Shown: positions 1-10,662, counted from the first letter of the stretch. The stretch: DNA of 64,000 nucleotides from Candidatus Nomurabacteria bacterium (GCA_020631995.1 JACKGJ010000001.1:12751-76750), one strand, 5' to 3'. Translations and numbers: made by a program. The notes: generated by a model from the sequence alone, not told the origin.

Positions 1-10
1 ATAAATAATA

Positions 11-913
11 TTATTTATCCATATCACGAAGAAGACGGATTCTTTCTGTCGCTGGCGGATGAGTCTGGAAAAGATTAGAGATTTTTTGTCCAAGTGTGCG
101 CTTCTCAGACCCAAATGGGTCAGCGATAAATAGGTGTGCAGTAGCATTATTAGCCCGCTTCATTGGCTGGCTTGAGTTACTAATTTTCTCAAGTGCTGAG
201 GCTAGGCCTTCCGGATAGCGAGTAAGGAGCGCACCAGACGCATCGGCCAAGTATTCACGTTTTCTCGAAATTGCTAATTGAATCATCTGAGCAGCAATTG
301 GAGCTAGGATAATACCAATGACACCAAGTACTAAGAATAGTACTCCCGCTTTACTATCCCTATCACTACCACCACCCCACAACATCGAGCGCATAAAGAT
401 ATCAGCAATAATAGCGATGAAACCAGCTAGAACCACAGCCACGGTGGAGACAAACATATCTCTGTTGCCCACGTGGGCTAGTTCGTGTGCCATCACGCCT
501 TCAAGTTCTGTCCGGTCTAGGATAGATATAAGTCCAGTCGTAGCAGCCACAATTGCGTTTTGAGGATTCCGACCTGTTGCAAACGCGTTTGGTGCCGGGT
601 CATTGACCACATACACCTTTGGCATTGGTAGACCCGCCGTAATAGAAAGGTTTTCTACCACCTGAATCAGTTCTCTGTGTTCACGTGGGTCAGCCGGCTT
701 AGCTCCCGTCATAGCGACCACGAGCTTATGACTCCACCAATAACTTCCAACATTCATAAATAATGCAAAGACGATGGCGACATACATTATCGCCGGATCG
801 CCGTAGTACCAATTTAGGAAATAACCAATAGCAATAACCATAGCGAAGAACACCGCCATCAAAAACCAAGTTTTTCTGATATTTGCTGATTGATGTGTAT
901 AAAGAGTACTCAT
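11..913 (-). CDS. htpX: HtpX-like M48 zinc metalloprotease
   Basis: HEXXH zinc motif (HELAHVGNRD). N-terminal transmembrane segments. About 300 aa, typical HtpX length and layout. Confidence 0.8.
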   Translation of the reverse strand: MSTLYTHQSANIRKTWFLMAVFFAMVIAIGYFLNWYYGDPAIMYVAIVFALFMNVGSYWWSHKLVVAMTGAKPADPREHRELIQVVENLSITAGLPMPKVYVVNDPAPNAFATGRNPQNAIVAATTGLISILDRTELEGVMAHELAHVGNRDMFVSTVAVVLAGFIAIIADIFMRSMLWGGGSDRDSKAGVLFLVLGVIGIILAPIAAQMIQLAISRKREYLADASGALLTRYPEGLASALEKISNSSQPMKRANNATAHLFIADPFGSEKRTLGQKISNLFQTHPPATERIRLLRDMDK

Positions 914-950
914 AGGGACATTGTACTTTAAATTGACTCCTCTTCAATCT

Positions 951-2648
951 TCACCAAGAACCGCCACCCCCACCTCCTGCGCCACCACCGGACGACCCAC
1001 CACCGGACGAAGCCGAGGAGGACACTCCAGAAGATGCCACAGATGAAGAAAATGTTCCCAGGCTGTTAGTTAAGTATAAAGCGCTGAAAGTGCCACCAGT
1101 ATTGTCTTCATACCAAGACGGGGTTGGGATGGTAATACCCTCAAATACTTTTGCCCACTCCTTTTCAACGCCAAAAGCGATAGCATAAGGTAAGTATTCC
1201 ATAAATTGCTCTGGGCTTTTCTTTGGAGCATTATGAAAAGCAAAACGCTCCTTGTCGGTAACTGAAAGAAATAATTTGAAACCTTTGAGATAATCAAGCG
1301 CCTCATAGCCTTTTCTGGTACGACGCCTATAAAACAAGGCCAAAATCACAGAACTAACCACAAAAGTGATTGATGCAATTGCAATTGGTGAAGCCATCTC
1401 AGCACCAACTAGAAACGTAAGCGTCAGCAATATTAATAGCCCAATTAATAGTGAGAGTGCCAATTTTAGTGGCATATTCCATTTATGTTCAAAGAAACCT
1501 TTAGCGACCAAATCTTTCTCAGCTGCTGCCTTAAGTGCAGTCACCACTTTGAAATTTTCTTTTTGCTGACTGATGTCTTTAGCAAGTTCACTTAATACCA
1601 ACACGGAGCCAACCGTCGCATCTTCTCTAAAGAGTAAAGTAAAAATTTGCTTTTGAAAATCTGTCTCTACCTCGCTATACGGACGACGTAATTCAATCTC
1701 ATAGTCATCGGTATCAATAAAGAAAAATTTCTTCCGACCAATATGCTTAATTTTTAAGAAGCCTTGTTCAGCTAAATAGATGATACCGGCCGTGATGTCA
1801 TGTGGGTCGATGCGACCATCAAATAAAAGACCCGTGTACATCGGCTTGAAATCTTCATAGGGCTTATACTGAGCAATTATCGAAGCGCCAGTTTTATGGG
1901 CGACGTAGTATCGATATAAAAACCAAACAAGCCACACAAACCACACCAAGGCACCAAGAAGCCAGAGTGACCACAATGATAGGCGCTTCATAATCAACCT
2001 ATCCACAAGAGTCGGATCTAGCGACAAGGCTACAGTTAGCCCCTCATTCGAACCAAGAGAGACTGGACCAAACTCGTATGCACCCTTACCCAACACTGAA
2101 GGACACTCTTCAGTGGAACCAGAAGGGCCAAAGTAACAACGGTATTCAGACAAGGCTATTCCATCTATATCATAGACTCGCACCAAAGCATTCTCGATTG
2201 GCACTTCCCAACCGTCACCAGTGGCGTTCCAATATAAATCTACTCCACCTTCATCGTAGTAGGTGAGACCACCTTCTACGGTGTAGTTAATGATATACGT
2301 ATGTTCACCACTGATGGTACGGTTCGGGTCACCAATCTTTACCTCTAACTCCCCCACATTTTCACTTCGCTCAAATGGAGTTTCCTCACCATCAACCGAC
2401 ACTGAAAGATTATCTATCTCAAGGTATCTTTCTTTAAACCACTCCTCACTTTCTTGGAAGTGTTTAGTCGGTATAAAACGAAAGATTCCGTGTCTCTCCT
2501 CATCTTCAAAGTCATAAACAATAGTTTCAGATACAGAGAAAGAACCATCACTTTCTAGAGTAATATCTGAAACAAATGAACGTATAGTCTCAGCCTGGAC
2601 CGATATTGGTACCAGAATGAGGACCAATAACAGGAGAAGTTTTTTCAT
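951..2648 (-). CDS. DUF2207-family membrane protein (LemA partner)
   Basis: Signal peptide. Large extracytoplasmic domain, then several TM helices. C-terminal Gly/Ser-rich tail (SSGGGSSGGGAGGGGGG). Lies next to lemA, as in the conserved LemA-DUF2207 pairing. Confidence 0.6.
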   Translation of the reverse strand: MKKLLLLLVLILVPISVQAETIRSFVSDITLESDGSFSVSETIVYDFEDEERHGIFRFIPTKHFQESEEWFKERYLEIDNLSVSVDGEETPFERSENVGELEVKIGDPNRTISGEHTYIINYTVEGGLTYYDEGGVDLYWNATGDGWEVPIENALVRVYDIDGIALSEYRCYFGPSGSTEECPSVLGKGAYEFGPVSLGSNEGLTVALSLDPTLVDRLIMKRLSLWSLWLLGALVWFVWLVWFLYRYYVAHKTGASIIAQYKPYEDFKPMYTGLLFDGRIDPHDITAGIIYLAEQGFLKIKHIGRKKFFFIDTDDYEIELRRPYSEVETDFQKQIFTLLFREDATVGSVLVLSELAKDISQQKENFKVVTALKAAAEKDLVAKGFFEHKWNMPLKLALSLLIGLLILLTLTFLVGAEMASPIAIASITFVVSSVILALFYRRRTRKGYEALDYLKGFKLFLSVTDKERFAFHNAPKKSPEQFMEYLPYAIAFGVEKEWAKVFEGITIPTPSWYEDNTGGTFSALYLTNSLGTFSSSVASSGVSSSASSGGGSSGGGAGGGGGGSW

Positions 2649-2773
2649 GACTTGATACCTTGAGGGGTTTAGTTACTTTGGTAATCAGTATTAGATGACC
2701 AATGTAGGAAAAGACGCTCATTGAAGCCGCCTTTCTTTGCAAGATACTCACACAGAGCTACCAGAAATATTAG

Positions 2774-3361
2774 TTAGAACTGAACCTTAACCGGTTCTTT
2801 AGCTGCCTGTTCATTCTCTCCTAGTTCAAAGTACTCACGTTCCTTGAAATTGAACATATTACCAATTATGTTTGATGGGAAAGATTGGAGAGCGATACCA
2901 AGGTCACGTACGTTACCGTTGTAGAAACGACGTGATGCTTGAATCTTGTTCTCAGTATCAGTGAGCTCACGCTGAAGCTCAATGAAGTTCTGATTAGCCT
3001 TAAGATCTGGGTAACTTTCTGCAATAGCTAAAAGCTTACCAAGTGAATTAGTTAGAGCCCCTTCAGCAGCAGCCATAGCCTGGATTTGCTCTGGAGTAAT
3101 GTTTGATGGGTCTACGTGTACTTGAGTAGCCTTGGCACGGGCTTCGGTTACAGACTGCAACGTACCTTGCTCATGAGCAACATAACCCTTAACACTCTCG
3201 ATTAAGTTTGGAATGAGGTCATAACGACGCTTAAGCTGTACATCAATGTCAGCCCAAGCCTCCATAGCTCTTTGAGTGAGCGAAACGAAACGGTTATAGG
3301 CCCAAATAGCCCAAACAACCACAACGGCTGCCACAATCAATAAAATAGTTATTAGTTCCAT
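2774..3361 (-). CDS. lemA: LemA family protein
   Basis: N-terminal TM followed by a LemA-like core (AYNRFVSLTQRAMEAWADIDVQLKRRYDLIPNL...). About 195 aa. Confidence 0.8.
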   Translation of the reverse strand: MELITILLIVAAVVVVWAIWAYNRFVSLTQRAMEAWADIDVQLKRRYDLIPNLIESVKGYVAHEQGTLQSVTEARAKATQVHVDPSNITPEQIQAMAAAEGALTNSLGKLLAIAESYPDLKANQNFIELQRELTDTENKIQASRRFYNGNVRDLGIALQSFPSNIIGNMFNFKEREYFELGENEQAAKEPVKVQF

Positions 3362-3470
3362 AACACCATATGCGTTAACTGATATGCAAGAATTTTACCA
3401 TAATTTGACAGACTGTGTATATGTTATACGATTCGGCATAAGTTGTTCTACAGAGCGAAGGGACCTAACA

Positions 3471-3842
3471 ATGCGGATATTATACGTCGGCGACAAAAGT
3501 TATTCTGACACACTGCGAGACAGGCTGGACCGAGAAGTCTACAAAGTAGACCACCTCAAGGGAGAGATGGCGCTTATGATGGAGTTTGGTGCACCATATG
3601 TGCAGGAAAAACCCAATATGGTTATCTGTGAAATCCACATCTTGGGTTCAGAATTAAAAACCTATATTGACCTTGTGAATTTTGTCAGAGATAGCTATCC
3701 TGCCTTGCCAATTATCTTGCTGGATAACAGTCGACCAGGAGTGACTATTGGTTCACTTGGAGACAACGTGTGGTTGTTTATCAGCGATGAAATAGATTCT
3801 TTGGCCAAGCACATCCGCAAGGTGTTCGCTCCAAAGCACTAA
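3471..3842 (+). CDS. Orphan CheY-like pseudo-receiver domain protein (tentative)
   Basis: Receiver-like beta/alpha pattern (RILYVGD ... MVICEIHILG ... PIILLDNS ...). Glu replaces the phospho-accepting Asp. Start trimmed to the ATG at 3471 (MRILYVGD). Confidence 0.3.
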   Translation: MRILYVGDKSYSDTLRDRLDREVYKVDHLKGEMALMMEFGAPYVQEKPNMVICEIHILGSELKTYIDLVNFVRDSYPALPIILLDNSRPGVTIGSLGDNVWLFISDEIDSLAKHIRKVFAPKH

Positions 3843-3845
3843 AAA

Positions 3846-3883
3846 CAGCCGGGGCACGTAAGTGCCCCGGCTGAATCTTTTTA
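3846..3883 (+). terminator. Rho-independent terminator
   Basis: Hairpin cagccggggcac-gtaa-gtgccccggctg followed by a T-run. Confidence 0.7.
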
Positions 3884-4058
3884 TACTGAACCGTATTACT
3901 AGCAATGTCGCAGAGTGCCTCGACGGCTTTGCCGCGAGGATGAATGCGACTTATATAACCAGGGTCGGCGGAGGCCGACACCCTAGCTAGCAAAAACGCC
4001 TGGTTCGCTCGCCCAGTGCTCCGTCCGCTTGCGACGGAGTACTGGGCGAGCGACGTTT

Positions 4059-4343
4059 TTACTTCGAACCCTCCCCTTCACCGTCCATTTTAATAGGACT
4101 AATTACCGGTTCATCAGATAGTCCCAGGTCTTTAATTTCCTGCCCGGTTTTCTTTTCAATCTCTTGAATTTGCTTAGTTAGAGCTCGAGCAAATGTCTTA
4201 GACGCAGAAAGTGGTAAAGCGAATCGAAATTCCTCTTCGCCAGAGCCAAAGGATACGATATGAAGACCGTTCACTATGCGGCAATAGAAACTCTCGGCCA
4301 ACACCTTCATTGGTCCACTGCCTGGTCGAATTGGTTCATCCAT
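4059..4343 (-). CDS. Hypothetical protein downstream of groEL
   Basis: ORF of 94 aa in the same orientation as groESL. No recognisable motif. Confidence 0.35.
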   Translation of the reverse strand: MDEPIRPGSGPMKVLAESFYCRIVNGLHIVSFGSGEEEFRFALPLSASKTFARALTKQIQEIEKKTGQEIKDLGLSDEPVISPIKMDGEGEGSK

Positions 4344-4363
4344 AATTACTTGAGAGTTAGCTA

Positions 4364-6010
4364 CTAATACATTCCTCCCATTCCGCTCATATCCGGCATC
4401 GCTGCAGATTTCGATTCCTCAGGCTCATCTGCGACCGCTGCTTCGGTGGTCAAAAGTATGGCAGCAGCTGACACGGCATGCTGGACACAAGCTCTTTCCA
4501 CCTTAACTGGGTCGATGATACCAGCCTTAATCATATCGTCGACAAACTCACCTTTAAAAGCGTCATAACCAGCATTACCTTCAGAACTTTTCACCTTATC
4601 AACAACCACAGCACCATCAATCTTCCCAGTATTGTCGGCAATTTGTCGCAGTGGCACCTCAAGGGCTTTGAGCACAATGTTGTATCCAACCAATTCTTCA
4701 CGTCCTAAATCTTTCTTACCTAAAAGATTCTTCTCAACCACTGCAGCAGCACGAGTGAGGGAAGTTCCACCTCCTGGCACAATTCCTTCTTCAATAGCTG
4801 CTTTTGTGGCATTTACCGCATCTTCAATTTTCAATTTTAAGTACTTCATCTCCATCTCAGTTGCGGCACCAACACGAAGCACAGCAACACCACCACCAAG
4901 TTTTGCAATACGCTCTTCTAACTTTTCTTTGTCGTACTTAGAAGTAGTGTTTTCAAGTTGTGATTTTAGAGCGGATACTCGGTTTTCAATTTCGGATTTT
5001 TCTCCGGCCCCACCCACAATTACAGTCTTATCCTTTGTGGACACCACACGACTAGCCTTTCCCAGTTGAGAAAGTTCGGTAGTTTCGAGCTTGAGCCCGA
5101 GCTCTTCGGTGATAACCTGACCACCCACCATTACAGCGATGTCATTCAACACCTCCTTCTTGCGGTCACCAAAGCCTGGAGCCTTGATTGCCAAGACTGA
5201 GAATCCACCCTTCAACTTATTAATTACAAAAGTAGTGAGTGCTTCACCATCGATATCGTCAGCAATAATTACCAGTTCCTTTCTACCAGTTTGAGCAATC
5301 TTCTCGAGTAGTGGCAGGATATCCTTTACTGATGATACCTTTGCATCGGTAATGAGAATTTGCGCATCCTTATACTCAGCCTCCATTCGCTCACCATTAG
5401 TTACCATATATGGAGAGACGTAGCCCTTATCGAATTCCATACCTTCGGTAAATTCAGTTTCAATACCGAAGGACTGACCTTCTTCCACGGTCACCACACC
5501 GTCCTTGCCAACTTTTTCAATAGTTTCTGCAATTTTTTCTCCAATCTCGGCACTTTCGGCTGAAATAGTTGCTACCTGCTTGATTTCGTCAGTTGACTTA
5601 ATCTTAGTAGACATAGAGCGTAGTGCCTCTACCACATCCACAGAAGCGTGCTCCATTCCTGTGCGTACAGCCATAGAGTTTAGTCCCATCGAAGTCTGAC
5701 GAAGACCTTCATGAACTAAGGCCTGCATAAGCACTGTCGCAGTGGTAGTGCCGTCTCCTGCCAATTCATTGGTCTTATTGGCTACCTCCTTCACCATCTC
5801 AGCACCCATATTCTCAAACTTGTCTTTGAGGGTGATTTCTTTGGCAATAGATACACCATCATTAGTGATAGTCGGTCCGCCGTAGCCCTTATCAAGAATC
5901 ACATTCCGGCCACGTGGTCCAAGAGTAACCTTAACCGCATTGGCCACAGTATCAACACCCTTTTTCAACTTCTTCTTTATTTCTTCGTCAAAAATTACTT
6001 GTTTAGCCAT
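4364..6010 (-). CDS. groL: Chaperonin GroEL (60 kDa)
   Basis: N-terminus [15 protein letters not shown]...[13 protein letters not shown]-terminal GGM repeat tail (MGGMY). 548 aa. Confidence 0.97.
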   Translation of the reverse strand: MAKQVIFDEEIKKKLKKGVDTVANAVKVTLGPRGRNVILDKGYGGPTITNDGVSIAKEITLKDKFENMGAEMVKEVANKTNELAGDGTTTATVLMQALVHEGLRQTSMGLNSMAVRTGMEHASVDVVEALRSMSTKIKSTDEIKQVATISAESAEIGEKIAETIEKVGKDGVVTVEEGQSFGIETEFTEGMEFDKGYVSPYMVTNGERMEAEYKDAQILITDAKVSSVKDILPLLEKIAQTGRKELVIIADDIDGEALTTFVINKLKGGFSVLAIKAPGFGDRKKEVLNDIAVMVGGQVITEELGLKLETTELSQLGKASRVVSTKDKTVIVGGAGEKSEIENRVSALKSQLENTTSKYDKEKLEERIAKLGGGVAVLRVGAATEMEMKYLKLKIEDAVNATKAAIEEGIVPGGGTSLTRAAAVVEKNLLGKKDLGREELVGYNIVLKALEVPLRQIADNTGKIDGAVVVDKVKSSEGNAGYDAFKGEFVDDMIKAGIIDPVKVERACVQHAVSAAAILLTTEAAVADEPEESKSAAMPDMSGMGGMY

Positions 6011-6018
6011 ATCTGTCG

Positions 6019-6333
6019 TTAATTAATAACTGCTAAAACGTCACTCTCTGACAATATCCAATATTCCTTATCATCAAGCTTGGTTGGGTCTCCCCAAGTA
6101 CGAAATATCACCTTATCACCCTCCTTTACCTCCAAAGGGATTCGCTTTTCTCCATCTTCATCCCATTTTCCAGGTCCAACAGCAACCACTATTCCTTGTT
6201 CCGGCTTATCTTTCTTAGCAGTATCTGGAATGATAATACCGGAAGCGGACACATTTCCCGCCTCTTCATCGGAGAGCGAACGAACCACGACGCGATCGGC
6301 GAGGGGTTTTATATTGATCTCTGACATAGACAA
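6019..6333 (-). CDS. groS: Co-chaperonin GroES
   Basis: [10 protein letters not shown]...[24 protein letters not shown]. Sits immediately upstream of groEL. Confidence 0.95.
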   Translation of the reverse strand: MSMSEINIKPLADRVVVRSLSDEEAGNVSASGIIIPDTAKKDKPEQGIVVAVGPGKWDEDGEKRIPLEVKEGDKVIFRTWGDPTKLDDKEYWILSESDVLAVIN

Positions 6334-6430
6334 AAAAGCTAAATTAATTAAATACCTTCAAATTAGAGTAACACTTTCAAGACTGATAGCCCAATTATCC
6401 GAAGGTCGAGGTGATTATAATAATTAGACT

Positions 6431-6458
6431 TTGCGTTTTCAAGCCTCCGTGCTATCAT
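6431..6458 (+). promoter_or_regulatory. Putative sigma70-like promoter for secG
   Basis: TTGCGT, about 16-17 nt spacer, TATCAT, ending 10 nt before the ATG at 6468. Confidence 0.25.
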
Positions 6459-6467
6459 CTTTGAGAC

Positions 6468-6710
6468 ATGGAATTCGTCAGATCAGTCGTGATTCCGATA
6501 CTGCCTTACATACAGATAGTCCTCGCCATCCTATTGGTAGCAGCAATTTTGCTCCAACAGAGAGGTTCTAGTCTGGGCGGTGCCTTCGGAGGTGATAACT
6601 TTAGTGCATCCTTTCACAAACGCCGTGGTGGGGAGCTTTTCCTATTTCGCCTTTCAATCATACTAGCAGTTTTGTTTGTACTCTCTGCTTTGATTCACAT
6701 CATTGTCTAA
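6468..6710 (+). CDS. secG: Preprotein translocase subunit SecG
   Basis: 80 aa with two TM helices. LLQQRGSSLGGAFGGDNF, a Gly-rich loop typical of SecG. Confidence 0.6.
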   Translation: MEFVRSVVIPILPYIQIVLAILLVAAILLQQRGSSLGGAFGGDNFSASFHKRRGGELFLFRLSIILAVLFVLSALIHIIV

Positions 6711-6776
6711 GAAACTATCCAACCAGCCGCCAACTGACTTCGCGGTTCCACGCTTTTAAAAGCATATTATTATTGT

Positions 6777-8522
6777 ATGAACTTACGCTCACCGAAATTA
6801 TTCGGGACTTCCCTTTTTGACAAATTCTTCTCCTACCTAGACTCCCTACAACCAGTGGACAGAGTTATTTTTGGTACATTATTATTAATTTTCTTAGTCG
6901 CAACGACATATAATTTCTATGTCTTTGCGCGCGGATTTTTAGTAGAAGTGCCAGTGTCTGGTGGTACATTGGTAGAAGGAACTATCGGAAGTCCACGCTT
7001 TATCAATCCAGTCTTAGCTATCACTAGGGCTGATAATGATTTAGTGGCTCTGACTCACAGCGGACTACTTCGCCTTGGTGTAGACGGTATACTAGAAAAC
7101 GATTTGGCTGAGAGTATTACCATTTCTGAAGATGGTTTGGTATATAACATTATATTGCACAATGACCGCTACTTTCACGATGGAGTAAAGGTCACAGCAG
7201 AGGATGTTGCCTTTACTATCGGTTTAATCCAAAAAGCGTCTCTGAAGTCCCCCCTACGCGGAAACTGGAGTGGTGTGACAGTCGAGGTAATAAACAATCA
7301 AGAACTTAATCTAGTATTAGAGAATCCGTATACCCCATTTCGAGAAAATCTAACTCTAGGAATCCTACCAAAGCATATTTGGCAAACCTTAAGTGATGAG
7401 GAATTTCCTTTTAGTCAACACAATGTTGAACCGATTGCTAGTGGACCATACAAAATCTCAGCCATCGCTAGAAACTCAGCTGGTTTAGCTTCAGAGTACC
7501 AGCTAGAGCTTGCGGAGGATTATCGTCAAGAGGGACATATCGAAAATATAACCTTTCGATTTTATCAAAACGAAGAGAATATCATTTCTGCCTTAAATGC
7601 AGGAGAAATAACCAGCACCGCCTCCTTAAGTGAGCGCTGGCTCACAGAGCTGGACCGAGAAAAGTTCAACTATATTTCTGAACCCTTACCACGTGTCTTT
7701 TCTATTTTCTTTAATCAAAACCGTAACCCAGTTTTACGAGATGAATCAGCACGAAAAGCACTGAATCTGGCCATTGATCGCAACGAACTCGTCTCACGCG
7801 CAACGCATGGCTTTGGTAAGCCAACCCACACAGCAATACCAGCCGGTTGGGTAGAACTAGAATCAGAGGAAGAGACGCAGAAGAATCAGGAAGAAATGAT
7901 GGCAGAAGCAATCCAAGTACTTAAGGACGGAGGTTGGGTTCAAAACCAAAATGGTCGCTGGGAAAAAGAAATAGATGGATCCTCTATGCCGTTAGTCCTC
8001 ACCGTTCGTTCTGCCAATGGCGTATTATTTGAAAAGATGGCTAGTTACCTAAGTGAAACCTGGCAAGCCTTAGGAGCAGAAGTTACCTTTGAATTCTACG
8101 AGCAAAGCGATTTAGTACAAACCATCATTCGTCCCCGTGACTACCAGGCCCTTTTATTCGGAATGGATGTTGGACGCTCTCTTGATCTTTATCCTTTCTG
8201 GCACTCAGGTAGTCGAGAGGACCCAGGACTCAACGTCTCTCTATACGCAAATATTACTGTCGATAATCTCGTTACTCAGATGAGAACAGCCACCTCGACA
8301 GAAGCGCGTGACGAAGCCATCAGACGCTTTGTGACTGAAGTAGAGAACGAACAACCGGCCATATTCCTCTTTACTCCATCATTTGAATACATCACCACTA
8401 AAAACATTATCGTGGCGCCAATGAAAAAGATTCAGAAGCCAAGCGAGAGATTCAGTAATGTGACCGATTGGTACATAAATCAAAGTGGTGTTTGGCCAAT
8501 ATTTGTAAACAACGATAATTAA
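6777..8522 (+). CDS. Membrane-anchored solute-binding protein, family 5 (peptide/nickel SBP-like)
   Basis: N-terminal TM anchor. About 580-aa extracytoplasmic domain with SBP_bac_5-like architecture. No adjacent permease or ATPase genes. Confidence 0.4.
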   Translation: MNLRSPKLFGTSLFDKFFSYLDSLQPVDRVIFGTLLLIFLVATTYNFYVFARGFLVEVPVSGGTLVEGTIGSPRFINPVLAITRADNDLVALTHSGLLRLGVDGILENDLAESITISEDGLVYNIILHNDRYFHDGVKVTAEDVAFTIGLIQKASLKSPLRGNWSGVTVEVINNQELNLVLENPYTPFRENLTLGILPKHIWQTLSDEEFPFSQHNVEPIASGPYKISAIARNSAGLASEYQLELAEDYRQEGHIENITFRFYQNEENIISALNAGEITSTASLSERWLTELDREKFNYISEPLPRVFSIFFNQNRNPVLRDESARKALNLAIDRNELVSRATHGFGKPTHTAIPAGWVELESEEETQKNQEEMMAEAIQVLKDGGWVQNQNGRWEKEIDGSSMPLVLTVRSANGVLFEKMASYLSETWQALGAEVTFEFYEQSDLVQTIIRPRDYQALLFGMDVGRSLDLYPFWHSGSREDPGLNVSLYANITVDNLVTQMRTATSTEARDEAIRRFVTEVENEQPAIFLFTPSFEYITTKNIIVAPMKKIQKPSERFSNVTDWYINQSGVWPIFVNNDN

Positions 8523-8542
8523 TAAAAATTAACAATAAAAAT

Positions 8543-10582
8543 ATGAACGATACTAATACTAATAGCACCGGGTCTACGAATGCTGGTGGCCGTCGCCGAA
8601 GCTTTGCCTACCGAGGAAGAAACCAGACTGGTACCACCACACGTGGCCCACGCCCTACAACACCTAGAGGACCATCTAGCCACACCCGTACAGCGTCCTC
8701 GGGCACCACTACTAAACCAGCTGGAGGGAGCCGAGCTGGTGGCTCAAATCGTGGAGGATCTACTCGCAGTGGTGAACGAGGCGGTTCTGCTCGCAAGTCA
8801 GCGTCCCCGCGCTTTAACAACAAACGTCGCTCTACCAAGGCTCCGGCCCTACAACACCGCATCAGCACTACTGATGAACGTTCCCCAAAACTGCCGGAGA
8901 TACTAGATGACGACACCGTTCGCATCATTCCAATATCCGGAGTAGAGGAAATTGGTCGCAATATGACGGTGATTGAAACTAAAGACGATTTGATTATTTT
9001 TGATATCGGCTTTCAGTTCGTGTCCGAAGAATCAAACGCTCCCGGCATCAACTACATATTGCCTAACACACAGTATGTTGAGGAGAGGAAGCATAAGATT
9101 CGAGGATTAGTAGTGACCCACGGTCACCTCGACCACATCGGTGGTATTCCTTTTGTAATGGAGCGTATTGGTAACCCACCAATCTACACCCAATACCTGA
9201 CTTCACTGATGATTAAAAAGCGACAAGAGGAGTTTCCTCATCTTGATCCAGTAGACATTCACGTAGTTAAAGAGGGAGATTCTTTCACTCTTGGAAAAAT
9301 TAAGATCAAGACCTTCCCTGTTACCCACTCTATACCTGATGCTATGGGTGTCTCTGTAGAGACAAAGCACGGTGATATTGTACTCACAGGTGACATTCGT
9401 CTCACTCACGAAAATGGAGAAGTGGTAGCTGAAGAAAGAGCTGACTGGGAGAAAGTTGGCTTAAATAACAACCTGGCACTCATCTGTGACTCAACCAACG
9501 CCGACCGTGAAGGATTCTCAGCTCCAGAAGGTGAAGTGTTAAGCACTCTTGATGGCATCATCAAGAACTCTACCGGACGTTTGATTGTCGGTACCTTTGC
9601 TTCACAGTTTGAGCGCCTTACCGCCATCATCAAGTCATGTGAGAAGTATGGCAAGAAAGTGGTACTTGAAGGTCGAAGTATAAAGACTAATATTGAAATT
9701 GCTCGTACTGCCAAGATAATGGAAGTAGATGACAAAACCTTTATCAACGCACAAGATATGGGTGACTATCCATCTGACCGAATTGTTATCCTCTCAACTG
9801 GAGCTCAAGGTGAAGAGTTTGCTGCCTTGATGCGTATGGCTACAGACAAGCACAAGACTATCACCCTTACCGAGCGTGACACTCTCGTGCTTTCCTCATC
9901 GGTAATTCCTGGAAACGAGATTGCTGTTCAGAAGCTTAAAGACAACATTTACCGTAAGAACGTACGCGTCATCAACTATAAGACAACAGCTGTTCACTCT
10001 TCAGGACATGGTAATGCTGGTGAACTAACTTGGGTTCGTCAGACAGTTAAGCCAAAATTCCTAATACCAGTACACGGTCACCACTACCACCTTAAGAGTC
10101 ATATGTACTCTGCAATTGAAAACGGTTTTCCTCGTGAGAATATTGCAGTACCAGACAATGGCTCTTTGATTGACATCAAGAACGGTAACGAACTAATCGT
10201 GCACAAACAAAAAGCTCCGACTGAGCTAGTTATGGTAGATGGCTTCACCGTTGGCACCAAGCAAGAAGTTGTATTGCGTGATAGACAAAGCTTGTCTGAG
10301 GACGGAATGTTCGTAATCATTGCCACCGTTAACACCAAGACTGGGAAATTGCGGAAGTCACCCGATATTATCTCTCGTGGTTTCGTTTATCTTCGTGAGA
10401 ACCAACAACTTCTTTCTGAAGCACGCACTCTTATTAAGCGCACCGTAGAGAAACACACAGAGAAGATGAATCCGGTTGACCTTGATTATGTTAAGGATGA
10501 ACTGTCTAAAACAGTCAGCGGATTCTTAATGCAAAAAACAAACAAAACTCCGATGGTGATTCCAGTACTAATCGGAATTTAG
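8543..10582 (+). CDS. rnj: Ribonuclease J with disordered N-terminal extension
   Basis: Metallo-beta-lactamase motif VVTHGHLDHIGG and a beta-CASP layout. About 130-aa Arg/Gly/Ser/Thr-rich N-terminal extension. Confidence 0.85.
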   Translation: MNDTNTNSTGSTNAGGRRRSFAYRGRNQTGTTTRGPRPTTPRGPSSHTRTASSGTTTKPAGGSRAGGSNRGGSTRSGERGGSARKSASPRFNNKRRSTKAPALQHRISTTDERSPKLPEILDDDTVRIIPISGVEEIGRNMTVIETKDDLIIFDIGFQFVSEESNAPGINYILPNTQYVEERKHKIRGLVVTHGHLDHIGGIPFVMERIGNPPIYTQYLTSLMIKKRQEEFPHLDPVDIHVVKEGDSFTLGKIKIKTFPVTHSIPDAMGVSVETKHGDIVLTGDIRLTHENGEVVAEERADWEKVGLNNNLALICDSTNADREGFSAPEGEVLSTLDGIIKNSTGRLIVGTFASQFERLTAIIKSCEKYGKKVVLEGRSIKTNIEIARTAKIMEVDDKTFINAQDMGDYPSDRIVILSTGAQGEEFAALMRMATDKHKTITLTERDTLVLSSSVIPGNEIAVQKLKDNIYRKNVRVINYKTTAVHSSGHGNAGELTWVRQTVKPKFLIPVHGHHYHLKSHMYSAIENGFPRENIAVPDNGSLIDIKNGNELIVHKQKAPTELVMVDGFTVGTKQEVVLRDRQSLSEDGMFVIIATVNTKTGKLRKSPDIISRGFVYLRENQQLLSEARTLIKRTVEKHTEKMNPVDLDYVKDELSKTVSGFLMQKTNKTPMVIPVLIGI

Positions 10583-10621
10583 TAGGACAATAAGGAAACT
10601 ACTCTGTCTTTGTGGGTTAAC

Positions 10622-10651
10622 AAAAAGCCGGCGCAAACGCCGGCTTTTTTT
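10622..10651. terminator. Bidirectional intrinsic terminator
   Basis: aaaaa-gccggcg-caaa-cgccggc-ttttttt, lying between convergent genes. Confidence 0.75.
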
Positions 10652-10662
10652 GTTAGTTACCT

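Noticed and set aside
4478-5699. Plus-strand ORFs (4478..4708, 4632..5069, 5360..5563, 5505..5699) inside groEL
   Set aside because: Fully embedded antisense within a highly conserved gene, with low-complexity translations. Spurious.
6334-6467. CIRCE (HrcA operator) upstream of groES
   Set aside because: No TTAGCACTC-N9-GAGTGCTAA inverted repeat, nor a close variant, in either orientation. Only a weak imperfect repeat is present.
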